Shown here in pieces: positions 1 to 12,936 of a stretch of DNA of 64,000 bases. The notes beneath the pieces are model-generated. The model saw only the letters and a list, made by a program, of their open reading frames with translations, had not been told where the DNA came from and searched no databases. This DNA comes from Macrostomum lignano (taxonomy: Eukaryota), in NCBI GenBank assembly GCA_002269645.1, contig NIVC01001285.1, forward strand, positions 70,679 to 134,678, read 5' to 3'. How positions within the stretch are numbered: position 1 is the stretch's first letter; the number at the start of each line of letters is the position of its first letter. The translations under genes and the position numbers were made by a program.

Positions 1-3000
1 CTGCACCGTCCTCCAGCTCATGGATTTTGCCGCACCTATGAAAATTAAAGCGTTTTTTTATTTATCCTGGTGGGTTGACGTTCTATTTTAACTTAAGCTG
101 GTTGACCGTTATGGATGAAAATCGTATGATGACACCCAGGGAACTTGTTAAGGCACGAGACTAAATCGATATAGTCAGATCCAAAGACGTCAAAAACGCA
201 CATCTGCTATGTCCTATTTTAAAATCTACTTTCCCAGTAAATCGTACGTACGGTAATATATAAAATTTTACCTGGCAAAATTCGAACTAGTGACCGATAG
301 CTGTCTGGTTGAAAAAGCAGCTCCGCTGGCTCTGCCGCCTCTTGACTCAATCCATGACCCAACGTCGTTAATTTCATCTTCGTCGTCATTGATACCCGCA
401 TGAACAGCCAATCCTTCAGAATTGACGACTGATGTAGATTCACCAGCTTCAGGGCCAGCGTCTGGTTCTTCAACCACATCCGCATTTTCAGCTCCCAGCT
501 TCATTTCTTTGCATAAGCCGAGATTGTTGTAGGCTAAGGCGCAGTCTTCATCGCCCGGGGATGCGGAACTGCCAATGGGGTGTCCAACTTCCAGCTGAGC
601 ATCGGGGCATTGGTTAGCAAAGCACTGCGGCTGTAGAAAGTTGTGCTCGCAAAGAATAGTCAATATGCTCATGTGATTGCCACTCACAGCCAGTTGAATC
701 ACGTTGGCCCCATGCTTATTTACTGCATCCCATTTGCACCCGTTAGCTAGGAGGTATCGAACTACATCCGCATGGCCACGGGCTGCGGCCATCAACAGGC
801 CAGTTGATCCCTCTAAATCAGCTGCGTCCAGAGCAGCTCCAGCTGTTGCCAGAACTTCAAGCAGGTCTTGACGGCCCGCCTGACATGCCAGATGCACACC
901 GGTAGTACCATGAAGCCCTCCGCAGCTGTTTGGATTGACGCTGTTTTGCTTTAGCAGCAACGCAACTATTTCTTTACTGCCCTGGCTGCAAGCGTGCAGT
1001 AATGCAGAGCATTTGTCTCCATCTTCAGCTGCTATGAACTCGTCAGTAGCATTTGATAGCAGCAGCCGAACTACAGACTCCTGACCACCGATGCAGGCTA
1101 GATGAAGGAGCGTTCGCCGACGGCCATTTAGTGGGGCCGAGTGCAGCTCACCGCAGACCAAGCTTGGCAGCAGAGACGCGTGGCTTCTGAGAGCAGCAAC
1201 GTGACAAGGCATGTTCTGCCTATCGTCCATCTGGTCAGCTGAAATTTTCTGATCCAACATGTAACGCACAATGTGCGAATGCCCTTGAGCAACAGCAGCA
1301 ATAAGAATGTCGTTTCTGTTATTGTTTTCTGGGAATGTTGTTAGCAGATAATCCACCACAGATAGCTTTCCGTGACGCCCCGCAGCCTGAAATACGCTGC
1401 GCGAGGGGTCTACAGAGCCGTCTTTAAGCAATTCGATCAAAACCTGCAGATGACCGCCAGCGCAAGCAGCTGCAATATAAGGCGACATCTCTGTAACTGG
1501 CGGGCTGTGACCTAGGGCTATCAATTTCTTGACAATATTTGTCCAGCCACGGTAACACGCGATGCCAAACGTTGACGGCTTTCCAGGCGTGGTCTTGAGA
1601 AGATTTCGATGGATAGAATTCCCTATTTCTAATAGCAATCGGCCGTTGCCTCGACGTGCGGCTAAATGCGCCATGGTTAGACCGTGCTTATTTTCAACTA
1701 GGCCTGCCACTTTCTCACTGCATTCCAACAGCAAGGTTTTGAACATTGGACGGCTTCCTTGCTTAGCAACATGGTGTAAGGCTGAGTAACCATATTTGTC
1801 CTGCAATCCAACCTTTAGGTTCAAGCAAAGCAGCCAATCAAAAAGTGCGTGGTTCCGATTTATACTGGCAAGCATTAAAGCATCTCGACCTTCTACGTCG
1901 ACGACATAAATTTTGCACCCCTTTTTGCGCAGAAATTTGGCCATGTCAGTTCGATTCTTAGCTACGGCTCGAAGAAATGGCGTCTGATTCTGCCTATCAA
2001 GACATTCGATGTCTGCGCCTTCCTTCAGCAGCTTGCTGGCTGCAGAAGTAAGATTCATCTCGGAGCAAGCATGCAGCAGGTAGGAGCCGTCGCTGCATGG
2101 CTGAGTCAGATCCGTCATTCTGTCTGCGAAGAAGAGTAGAAACTTATCTAAAAAGGCCTGCTTCTTTTGCAACAAAGCTTTTTGAAAAACATCCAAAACA
2201 AACTTAGAGTTTCCTATTAGGTTTGAAACGTTCAGCAACAATTCAAGCGTCTCTGGAGGATGTCCTTTCTCTTTCAGGAAGCTCAAAAAATCAAGACGAT
2301 GACTTGAAAAGGCATACGTCCACGCAGAGTAACCCTGATTGTTTGCGATATCCCAACGGGCTCCTTTGCGAATTAGTGTGCGCACAAGACCTGATAGACC
2401 GGAGCGAACTGCGTTAATAAGTGCCGTGTCGCCATGCTTGTCTTTCCAGTCAACAAAAGACTCTTCTACGCCCTCGTTTTCGGAAGCATCGAGTAGAAAA
2501 TCAGCGCAAAGTCGTTTTCCATTGGCGCAGCAGAGATGAAGCGCGGTTGCTCCATTGTTGTTTCGGCGCTTGAGATCAAGTCCAGAGTCAAGTAGTTGAC
2601 ACACGCATGTGTGATGACCCTCTCTGGCAGACAGCATCAATGCTGAGTTACCTTCACTGTCTACAGCGTCTTTGTTGCAGCAAGGATGGCTTAGAATGAC
2701 TTTCAGAGTGGCTTTATGACCGAACCTGGCAGCAATCAGCAGCTCTTTTTGACCACAGGAGTCAGGGTATTTCGCATGAAATTTAGTCAGTAATAAGACA
2801 GCCAGATCCGGACAATCCCGCGACTTCAATAGCAAGGTAAGACAGCTTTCTCCTTCAGTTGTAAACGATTCGACAAGATCCTGTCTGTCTTTAAGTCTTT
2901 CTATGATAGTCGTATGACCACCTATCGCCGCCAAATGCAAAATGTTCTCGTTTCGTTCGCGACAGACTATTGTATCAATACAGCGTTTATCCTGCAAAAA

Positions 3001-5718
3001 GTTTACAATGCTATCAAAACCGCGACTTGCGGCTAGCAGCAAAGGGGTCCGTCCGCAGCTGTCAGGCCTGTCCATTTCTGCTCCGTTGGTCTCGAGCAGT
3101 TGAACCACAGGCAAGTGCCCTTTCAACGCCGCCTTATGAACTGCAGACTGACCTTTATTGTCTACAGCCGATACTGAAGCACTGCATTTCGTAATCAAGA
3201 ATTCAACACTTTTCCTATACCGCCCTTTAGCGGCTATGATGAGTGGTGTTTCGCCGTCTCGGTTCGGCTCATCCATTCGCAATCCAAGATTGTGTAGCTC
3301 TTCTAGAATACGGTACTGACCGACTTCAGCTGCGTAGTGAACGCAGGTTTGCATCCTGTTGTCATAGAAGAACAATGATCGGCGTCCATCGGTCGCCGAA
3401 AACTCGCAAAGCATTTTAAAGGCCTCATTCGAATTTTTGTCCTCTGGTTTGCTACTTTGGCAGGAGAGCATCAGAGGTGTAGCACCTGCATTGTCAGTCT
3501 GCATAGGGTTGCAGCCCGCAATGAGTAACAGCTGTATGCTTCGAGTGTTGTTTCCTAGGCTGGCGAAGTGCAACGCAGTTTTACCCACTTTGTTGTGCAA
3601 GTGCACGTCGCATTCTTTCTGATTGAGAAGCTGAATAATTTTATCGAAGCCTTTTTCAGCGGCTAGCATCAGCGGAGTGTTGCCCAGCTTGTCGCGGGAG
3701 TTGCAATTGACTTCCTTTTCAAGAAGAAAATTCGCGATTTTGATGAACCCGAATTCGGCTGCTAAGTGCAACCCACTTCTGCTTTCGTAGTTCTTGGCGT
3801 CCAGAGGGCAAGCTTGCTTCGACAGAATTTCCAAAACCTCTAGTCTGCCATATCGGCAGGCGTCAATTACTGCAGTGTTTCCCGACGTTTCGCGTACGAG
3901 AAGATCGGCTTTGTTTTCTATTGCCATATTTAGCATTTCCACATTGCCGTTGATTGCGGAAAATGAGACGATATTTCGGCCTTCAGAGTTGACTTGTTCC
4001 ACTCGGCAATTCGATCTCAACAATATTTTGACTGACTCTGTGTGGTCTGCCTTAGCTGCTACTAGCAAGGGTGTCATTCCATCGGTCGTCTCGTCATCAA
4101 CAGGCGCTTTTTGTTCCACCAGGAAGCGCAGCAATTTTTTCTTTGCATGTCTGGCTGAGAAAAAGGCTGGGGTTTGCCCCAGATAGTTCGCACAGTCCAT
4201 CGTGCACCCATGATCGCTTAAGAACTTGACCACGCTAAAGTGATTGTATCGACAAGCCATCAGAATAGGAGTATCGCCCTTCCAATTTGGATGGTCTAAG
4301 TCTCCACCAGCTTTATGAACAATCTGCAGCAGTTCCAGGTTTCCTATAGCACTGAGCAATAGCGCCGGTGTGTTGCCTTTCTGATTGGCATGGCTAAAGT
4401 CCGCGCCTAGTTTCTGCAACAGTGTCAGCAACTGTTTTGATCCTCGTTGACAGGCCAGTAAAAGTGGAGTATTTCCATCGAAATCTTCCTTCTCAATCAG
4501 GTCTCGGTCTTCAGATAGTTCGGCCTCTAGTATATCCGTTCGGAGTTTTTCCGCAGCTCTGTGCGCCAAGGTGGCGCGCGAATTCGCAGGTCTTTGCACA
4601 CGTTCTCTAAGATAAACGAATAGCTCGAAATTGCCGCTGTCAATAGCAGCTTCAAGTAGGGAATCACCAGATTTGGTAATCACGTTTAGGTCACATTCTT
4701 GCTCTTCTAAGTGCTGCAGGATTTGAAGATGTCCACCCGCTGCAGCCATAAAAGCGGGTGAGCGACCCTGCGAGTCCTGCGCATTGATGTCGGCGTGCTT
4801 TTCACACAGAAGCTTCACCATATTGAACGAGCCATTGTAGCAAGCGTGAAACAATGGCCGCATGCCCTCGTGCTCTGGTTGGTCAAGAGGTACATCGCGT
4901 GCAACTAAAAAGTGTAGAACTTCCTCTTGCATATAGACGCAGGAGGTTAAAACAAGATCGGCGGCTGATTCTGACTGAATCTTCAGAGAAACTCCGTGAT
5001 TTTCCAGCAAAGCCAATATATCAGTCCAGCTGTTTTTGCTAGCTTCGAAGCAGCAAGCTTTATAAAAGTTTCTTTTCTCTTCCAGATTGGTTGCATCAAG
5101 TGGATTCCACTTTTCCATTAACATTTTGAGTACTTTAATTCGACCGTTGGCCAACGCAACGTCGAACGCTGTGTATCCTTTGTTGTTGCGGGCCGTATAG
5201 TCCGCCGAATGGTTTAGAAGCGGCACTACCAAAGCGTGAAAGCCTGATTGAGCCGCGCACATCAAAGGCGTGTTTCCTGCAGCATCGGTGGCGTTCACGT
5301 TAATAGAGGGAACGGACAGCAATGTCTGAGTAGTGCTAACGTGCCCACCGAGAGTAGTCAAGTGCAACGGTGTGAGCTTGCTAGATTCGTGCTCACAGTT
5401 AGGGTCTGCGTCGTTATGCAGCAGTTTTGAAACCAATGGCCATTTGCCAAGTGCGGATGCGAGCAATAGCACTTGATTTTTTACGTTCCCGCGTTCGTGG
5501 TCAGGCAGCTGCTGAAGGTGATGCAGCTGCTCCATCACTGGTTCAGCACCTTCAAGCCATTTTTCGCAATGCTTAACGGCGTCCTTGAACTGCTGGATCG
5601 GAGCCTCGATGCGCGGCAACACGTATGGCGACTCTTGGGCGATGCTTTTGAATTTTGTCTCCATTTTTGCGCAGACCGCTCCTTGTAATAGTTTGTGATT
5701 AAAAACGGTTTTGTGCAT
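1..5718 (-). CDS. Large ankyrin-repeat protein (roughly 45 repeats by eye); giant exon 5718-272, probable intron 271-36, next exon from 35 running off the window
   Basis: The 1816-aa ORF is full of G.TPLH.AA..G / TPLLLA repeats. The ORF stop overlaps a donor (AG|GTAAAA at 272/271). An acceptor (tttaattttcatag|G) at 36/35 continues in the correct phase as RCGKIHELEDGA. Confidence 0.9.
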
Positions 5719-6242
5719 GCATAAAAGTTGTCAACATCATGGAGCATTAAAAAGACGGCGGAAAGACGCGTAACTAGACTTTGAAAAGTCTGTAAAACCT
5801 TTTAGAACTCTATAATTTCTTTCAATATTCTCTCAAATGTTCATTTACCTTTTCAAAATTTTATACGGTCCTTAGATTTTTTATCCTACGAGTAGTACGA
5901 GAAACAATCAATAAAACAAGAAACCGTCTGAAATGAATCAGAGATTTTACCTGGTAAACTGGATCTTATGAAGCTAACTTTAAAATTTTATTTTTATTGT
6001 TTCTTACTGAAAAGCTTAACTGGGTGTCCTTCCCGCCGGGGAATAGAGTCGTTTCTTTAGACGATTCCGCTGGGAAACGCATTCGTTTCTCCTTAAAAAA
6101 ACGGCCAAACAAAAAAACGTCTTTGGAAGTCGATTCTTTGGATAAGAATCGCCACTCAGAGCAGTATTTCTTGGCATTGTTTGGAAACGGCCAGGAAACA
6201 GCCGAAGCGATGGAATCGAATAAAGAATCGAAAGAATCGTCG

Positions 6243-6497
6243 TTCGATTCCTGGGTCGATTCCAAAATTTCTTTCGATTCTGTTCTCGCACAGAAACGAA
6301 GCAAGATTTTACTTCGATTCCTGGGTCGATTCCAACCTTTCTTTCGATTCTGTTCTCGCACAGAAACGAAGCAAGATTTTACTTCGATTCCTGGGTCGAT
6401 TCCAACCTTTCTTTCGATTCTGTTCTCGCACAGAAACGAAGCAAGATTTTACTTCGATTCCTGGGTCGATTCCAACCATTCCTTTGATTCTGTTCTG
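6243..6497. repeat. 70-bp tandem repeat, about 3.6 copies, rich in TCGATTC
   Basis: ttcgattcctgggtcgattcc recurs at 6243, 6313, 6383 and 6453. Confidence 0.9.
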
Positions 6498-8513
6498 TAC
6501 ATTAAATATACAGGTTAATTATTTTCCTGCCCTTTTGGCTTGATTCTTTTGCTAGTTTGGCATGCTATTGCGTGCATCGATACCATAATTGGAAAGTTCT
6601 AATCGTTGTCGCTGGTGTCGTTTCAATTTTCTGTTCTGAAAATGAGTGTTTGTGTTGTGTATTTGTCTGTACTGAGTGTATGAACTGTATAGAGCCTGGC
6701 ATGCAGTAAGGGTGATCCTGTGTGTACCGTTGTTACAGTGTCGTTAGATAGAATTACGTGTATAATCCCACCTGTTTAAATTCTGTCGCTCAGAAGCTCG
6801 TCAAATCGAACAGTGCGTGAGAAATCGTCGACTCAGTCCGTTTCCCTCCACTTACTCATGCATATACATGTAAATACTACGCACGAAACGAAGCAATGGG
6901 CCAATCCGGCCCAAAGTCCTGCGTAGGAAGCGGAGAAACTGAATCGCCATAAAAAGCAGTTTCCTGTGGTTGGAAACTGCGTAGCTAGGAAACGACTCAA
7001 TATTTTAATTCGTTTCTTTCTTCGTTTCCGCACATTTAGCGTGACGAAACTGCCGAATTAAGCAGTTTCCTCTAGCACTGCGGAGACCACAGAATTTTGG
7101 TCTGCTTTAGTCCGTTTCCAGCAAAAAATGCTGCCGAAGAAACGTCCCAATTATCCACAGGGTAAGTAGTTGCTTGAAAAAATTAACGAATAAGACAACT
7201 ACATGTATAGTTCAAACTTATGAGACTAAGACTAACTACGAGCTACATTGTAGCTATGACCCATAATTTTAACGTTGTACTCAGCAAACCATTTTAGTTG
7301 TTGGTCCATTAGCAAAAAAACGAATTCAGTAATTTTATCGCAAGTTATATCATAATTATATGGCAGTTAGCAACACTAAAATTATCAGGCAAAATTCAAA
7401 CCAAATGTCACTTACGATCGAGCGCAGGAGATATATAGCTCAAGTTAGCGAACTTACAATCTGTTGTTATTTTCTTGAGACGTTTAAACTTTTTGGTTCA
7501 ATCTAAACGACAAGGCTTGTTTACGGCCCGCGGTGAGTTTACCATACTTATAGTCATTTGAAGTATCAGGTACTACCTATAGTAGAGACAATTCCAGCAA
7601 AAATATAAATTCGGTCATATGACGTTCAGACAAGCAGCCCCGTCCTTGAGAAGGAGTAAAAATATATATGAAAAATTACAGCGCGTGAACTTGCATTAAA
7701 GACGGAGCACTGCTGTACCCCATTAAGTTCAGTACGGCAATAAAATAGAGAAAATGAAGAAAGAATAGAGGCTTTTTTACCCAGATTGGTCTCACTCATT
7801 GAGACGAGCTTGCATCTTTAGGGGGTTAGTAAAGCACAGAAAGTTGGCGTAAAATAAGGAACGTTTGCGAACTCGCATTTTTAGAGACGCTTTTCGCATC
7901 GTGTATGAATATCTATTTCGTCATCAACAACCAACATTTATCTACCCGAGGATCTGAGTCATAAACATTTTTTTTACTAGCACTCTGCACCCTTCTGGAA
8001 TGGCACAGAGGCTAAAGCAAATTATAGTTCACAACAACATTTTATTTTCCAGCACTAAAAATGACAGAAGCATTGAGATAAGATTAATAAAGTATAAACT
8101 TGCTTATTCTAAAGTCTTATCGAATCAAATAAAATTTCTTTAGTCAACTTTTTTTTCAGTTTATTAATTGTTTGAAAGCAAATCACGCCTTTCTTTGCTC
8201 ACGAATCATTTAAATTAATAATATGTACTGCACGCTTACTTGCAAAGCTTTTAGTTTTGTGCCTAAAATCATAGGATAGAAAAAATGACAGCCTAATCTT
8301 CGCAGTCAACTAAAATATTTTACTTTAAAGGCACGAAAAACTGCGTTTTACTGTGTAATAGTGACACAATAAACTGGACTAGCATTGACTTTTGTTTCGT
8401 CCAACCAGCATTTGTTGCTTGTATCATCAAGCTATTTCTTCGTGAATTCGATCATTGACTAAAGGTTGCTCTGCCGATATTTTTATCATAGATGCAGCGT
8501 GTAACGTAGAATG

Positions 8514-9767
8514 TCAAGACAAGCCCCGCTGACAGCTGGTCAAGCCCAGCATCCCAAGTGCTGCAATGCAAGCCAGCTTGATAACGAATGTTCGCCTGCT
8601 GCCACCACTGTTGCCTGCAGAGTCGAATGGCCGTCCGCACACAACGTACCAGTGCTGATCGATGCTTCTCGTCGGGTCGCAGGTCGGATCCAGGACATCC
8701 CTTGTGGCTGCTGATAATTCGTTTGGACAAAGGTATATTTGACGCTGACGACCGCTTGCAGACAGGTCGGTAATGTCGCCCAAGCACGGGCCGATCGGCG
8801 AAAGAGGCTGATGAAATCCGACGCTTTTCTGGCCGGCTGGATCAGCCAGAATTGAAACTGAAAGCAGCACTAAATAATAGATGAACCCCACCAGCGGTAT
8901 AGTCAAGTCTGCAGTCGTCTTTGAACTTTCTGGCGAGCCGGACGTGAAGGATGCTGCTACAACAACAATTGACGTCATGCCGACTAACAGGGCGATCAGG
9001 CTGGTTTGCGTAGGTACACCGTCGCCTACGAACTGATCCAGCGGCAGGGTGAGCAGCACCATACTCGGAGTGCTCAGCAAGCAGGCAATAGCTGGACCAA
9101 AACGTCTACTGGAAGCAGTCAGCGCGGCAAAGCAGAAAGGAAAAGCTACAGCAAACATGCCATTACCGGCTGCCACGCCCATGACTCGGTCTGCCAGCAG
9201 CGGATCGGAGTCGTGCCAGGTGTAAGCCACAAACCGGACACAGACGGCGTCCATGGGGAACAGGAGCAGGAAGGCTAAAATGCCTGCGACAGCCGCACGA
9301 CCGATTCGACTGTTCCAGCCAAAACTGCGTAAAATGTCGGCGGACTGACAGGCTACGTAGATGAATAGGCCGTACAGAGCTGGCTGCCAAGCTGGCAAGC
9401 GAGGACCGAGCATCAGCCATGCCTGGGCGTGCCAGAAGTTATTCACAATCGGCAGGCTGGTGAATACAACCTCATTGACTGCGCCAGAGATGGTGGCAAC
9501 AAGTAGGACCGATAGTTTGCGTCGCCGAATGGCGTGTAGGATTAGCAACGAGTAGAGACCGAGAGTGGTCAGCTCGAGGCTTAGTAGCACCGGAGAGTCC
9601 TTGAAAGAAGTTATAGATAAAAAGCATGAATTTTAATTGGTAAAATTTTAATTCGATTGTACTTTAATCAGAATAGAACCTACGTAAAAAACCTGGTGGA
9701 TGCTGTTGACGTGTCGCCATGGATACTGATTGTAATCGGGGGCGATGTTGATGCTGGACTTTGCCAT
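8514..9767 (-). CDS. DUF7802-like multi-pass membrane protein, paralogue B (exons 9767-9693 and 9599-8514)
   Basis: Motifs PIVNNFWHAQ, PRLP, YTWHDSDP and WYVVCGR match paralogue A. Exon 1 (MAKSS...YPWRHVNSIHQ) aligns with exon 1 of A. 93-nt phase-0 intron, CAG|GT...ttcaag|GAC. Confidence 0.8.
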
Positions 9768-10512
9768 TGCTGTTATTTTAACATTAGTGATTACGATCGA
9801 GTGCACCAGTGGTGTTGAACTATCTTGAACAAAACCTTGTTTCCAGACTTTCAGAAGGCTATGAAAAGTAAGCGACCGGAATGACTGAGTAGGAACAAAA
9901 AACCTGAGCAAATAAAAGCACAGATTTTTTGTTTAAGTATGCATGTAAGTCAGGTAAGCTTCTTCCACTATGCAGCCCGATGGAATTTACTCGACAAGTG
10001 GGCAAATGGAATTTATTCGACAGGTAGTCAGACGGAATTTACTCGCTAGAAAGGCGAATTTCAAGTATCTGTCGTACGTGACCTTGACTTGACTGCCAAC
10101 TGGAGCCTGAATTGCTGCTCGCTTATCTTGGAGCTGCCCAGGCCACACAGCGGAACAATTGAGTGATAGAGCAAGGTTAAAGGTTGTGTGTGAGCGCATA
10201 GTGGAGCTAGCTAGTGAGCTACAGACACTCAGTGAGGGTCGCTATACAGTGACAGTCCGTGCAAGACTGCGCGAGATTTTCTTCTCTCTCTCTTTCTCTC
10301 TTCTCGCATTTGAGCAGAGCTCAGCTGTACTAGTGCTATCGCTCTCGCGCCACATTTTTTAAAAAATCGGCACACTAACAAATTTACACGTAGAGAGTCG
10401 ATAAAGATTATATTTTGGATCTTTTAAAGTAAGCTTCCAGCTACACTTGGTTAATATTCAGACTACCGATCTATAGAAATCTGTTATAGGTCCACCAAGA
10501 CTTAACAAAACT

Positions 10513-12936
10513 ATGGATTTAATAAAAACTTGGTACTCGAAATGGGATCATATCCCTTGGAAGCACATTTCGTCGCCGAAAGAACAGTGGCAGGTAATTT
10601 TAACAAACTTTAATTCGTATTATTTTGTTAGTTTTAGCTCGTATTGTGCACAGATCCGAGATTTAAACAAATCTTTTTTTCAGGTTCTGCCAACGTTTCT
10701 GATCGGCGAGTATCTGTTTATCTTCCTTGCCGCTTTAGCGCTAATCCACGCTATTCGACAAGACCGTCGGCACGTCTTTGCCTGGTTCGCCAGCTTTCTT
10801 GCCGGCTCATCAAACGACATATTTTTTATGTACCTGCCTCTGGTTGACAACTTCTGGCAGGCTCAAGCAACAATAATGCTCACGCCTAGGCTGCCGCTGT
10901 ACATCTGTTGCGTTTATTGCACGTTCATGTACTTTGCTACGGTAAGCGCTTGGCGACTGGGCCTACCGACTCTGGCGGAAGCTTGTCTCAGCGGTCTCAT
11001 GGGCATCATGATCTACATGCCGTACGACATCATCGGTATCAAGTTTCTTTGGTGAGTTTGTGTTTGACTAATGAAACAGTGACCCCCCATCTGGGTGCAG
11101 GGACTTTTTAAGCCTAATTACATTTACATCATAACTGATTACACCTGCGCTCAATTGGGCCAGATGTGCAACCGACAGCTCAGCCGCAGCTATTGCGCGG
11201 CGTATCTGAAGGCTGCGTACGGCTGTTCAGTCCAAGGACTGGGGGGTCGCCACACACTCTCAATTACCCCAGCTAATGCTGGCACTCCATTTTACAGCTG
11301 GGTGAACCGAAGCAATGCAGAGTTAAGTGACTTGCTGAAGGACACAAATTGTTCCAGTGGGATCGGGAGTCGAACCACGGACCTTCAAGTCATGAATCTG
11401 ACACTCTAACCTCTGGGCTATAACCCCTATTGTTATTACACAACAATTTATGATTATGGGCCCCTTGATACACGACTCACGACCCCTAACCCAAAACTGC
11501 TGCTCCCGTACAGGAAATATTACGGGAAATAACGACGAACACCAATGAACATGATAAAAATTAACCATTCATACTATCAAGCATGATAATATCATTGGAT
11601 GCAATCCCAATAAATCAGCCGTTTATTCAGTATTCAGTACTCAAAACTAAATGTTAAATGATTAGATCCAGTAACGATGCATTGATAAGTATTTGCTTAA
11701 AACGTGCTTCACCAGTGAGAATGTATTGAACCTGTTGAGTGATCGGTCAATCAATCTTTCTACTATTCCGAAAGCATCTGATAGCAGACATAGTCAGCAA
11801 CACGCGAAATTCACCAACTGATTCATCAGGTGGACCTGGCATGACACGGACCCGCCAATCAGCTATCGAATGCTCGGCGTTCCGGTAGGCAGCACCCTAT
11901 GGGTGATCACCTTCACCGGGACCTTCAGCTTCCTGATTAGAACGGTCTATTTGAACTGGCGTCGATCTGAAGCCGTTGCCATGGTTGCTGTTTGTCTCTT
12001 GTCGACGCCGCTAATGATGGTGCAAATGGCGCTGCTACAGCTGATCAGTTGGGATCGCCAAGGTGTGCCGACACTGTCCAGCCTGATGGTCGGTGTGGGT
12101 CTCTACCTGGTAGCCATTGCTCGACAGTCGCCAAGACGCTCGCTGTTGAAGCATCCGTGCGGTCCATTCATTCGTGCTGCTCCAGATTTCTCTATCAACC
12201 TGGCTCTCTGCTGTTACTATGCCGCTCTGTTTTGCATCATGTTCTTTGGCCGGCCGGAGGATCACGTGAGCGACGGCATCCACCAGACCTACGGGCCGTG
12301 CAGAGTTGAGCAAAAGGACTTCTCTGGACAGGTGAGTTCAACAGTCTTTATAGATAGCGGATGACAATTCATGGAGTATCAGTCACGGACAGGTCATAAG
12401 AAGCAGTCGTGTAGGTAGCAGAGACACGAGTATTAGACGAATCGGTTGTGCGAAGCAGTGGGTAGGTCGCCTATCAAAATAAGATTAAAATTCCGGACGA
12501 AAACTCTAAGGGTGTACATCCTTGATCGTAGAGTAAAAGGCATATTATAAATTATCAATTAAATTACAGATAATTACAGGTAGGTAACACATTATACGTC
12601 ATCTTTGTATCATTTGAGCTTGCTGGAATTGAGCTTGCTTTCAAGTAATTGTATTTTTCGATGGCCTTACCGTAGGTTCGGCACCGCTACGTCTGCGAGA
12701 GGGACATGGACGAAGACTGGGATTTCTCCTGTCCGGCCGCCAAAGGCGAGCTGCCAGCAGACTATAGCGACTGGTACGTGGTGTGCGGCCGGGCCCATCG
12801 CAACCGGCCCCTGTGGGTTGCCGCGCTGGCTTTCTACGCTCTGCTCGGCTCGTTCACCTATTCGCGCATTCTACGCTTCGGCAAGAGGCGGTCGTATTCA
12901 ACTAGTCCTACTGGCAGTAGGCTGCACGGGGAGTGA
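10513..12936 (+). CDS. DUF7802-like multi-pass membrane protein, paralogue A (exons 10513-10593, 10684-11051, 11830-12331, 12676-12936)
   Basis: Four exons join in frame through canonical GT-AG sites. Motifs PLVDNFWQAQ..PRLPLYI and PYDIIGIKFLWWTWHDTDP match the invertebrate DUF7802 family as I recall it. Confidence 0.85.
11113..11427 (-). mobile_element. tRNA-derived SINE (family A), in intron 2 of paralogue A
   Basis: Minus-strand head has an A box (TAGCCCAGAGG) and a B box (GGTTCGACTCC). It is followed by a CORE/Meta-like segment (gtgtccttcagcaagtcacttaactct...ctgtaaatgg) and a short TGTAA-repeat tail. The 3' part recurs at 63751-63870. Confidence 0.75.

Noticed and set aside
120-185. C/D snoRNA candidate (ATGATGA near 125) in the ankyrin intron
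   Set aside because: It is on the strand opposite the host gene, and there is no properly placed CTGA D box or terminal stem.
5966-7150. Overlapping ORFs and GAATCG/AAACGA motif clusters upstream of the ankyrin gene
   Set aside because: The ORFs derive from the 70-bp repeat, and no TIR/TSD or family signature was found.
8514-9590. Intronless retrogene interpretation of paralogue B
   Set aside because: A homologous exon 1 and a conserved intron 1 are present upstream, so it is not a simple processed copy.
10594-10683. Continuous ORF through 10513-11055
   Set aside because: The 90-nt segment is AT-rich with canonical GT-AG ends and matches the intron position in paralogue B; treated as an intron.
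11355-11427. Possible tRNA-Met(CAT) gene on the minus strand
   Set aside because: The T- and acceptor stems are mismatched, and the sequence continues into a SINE body found elsewhere.
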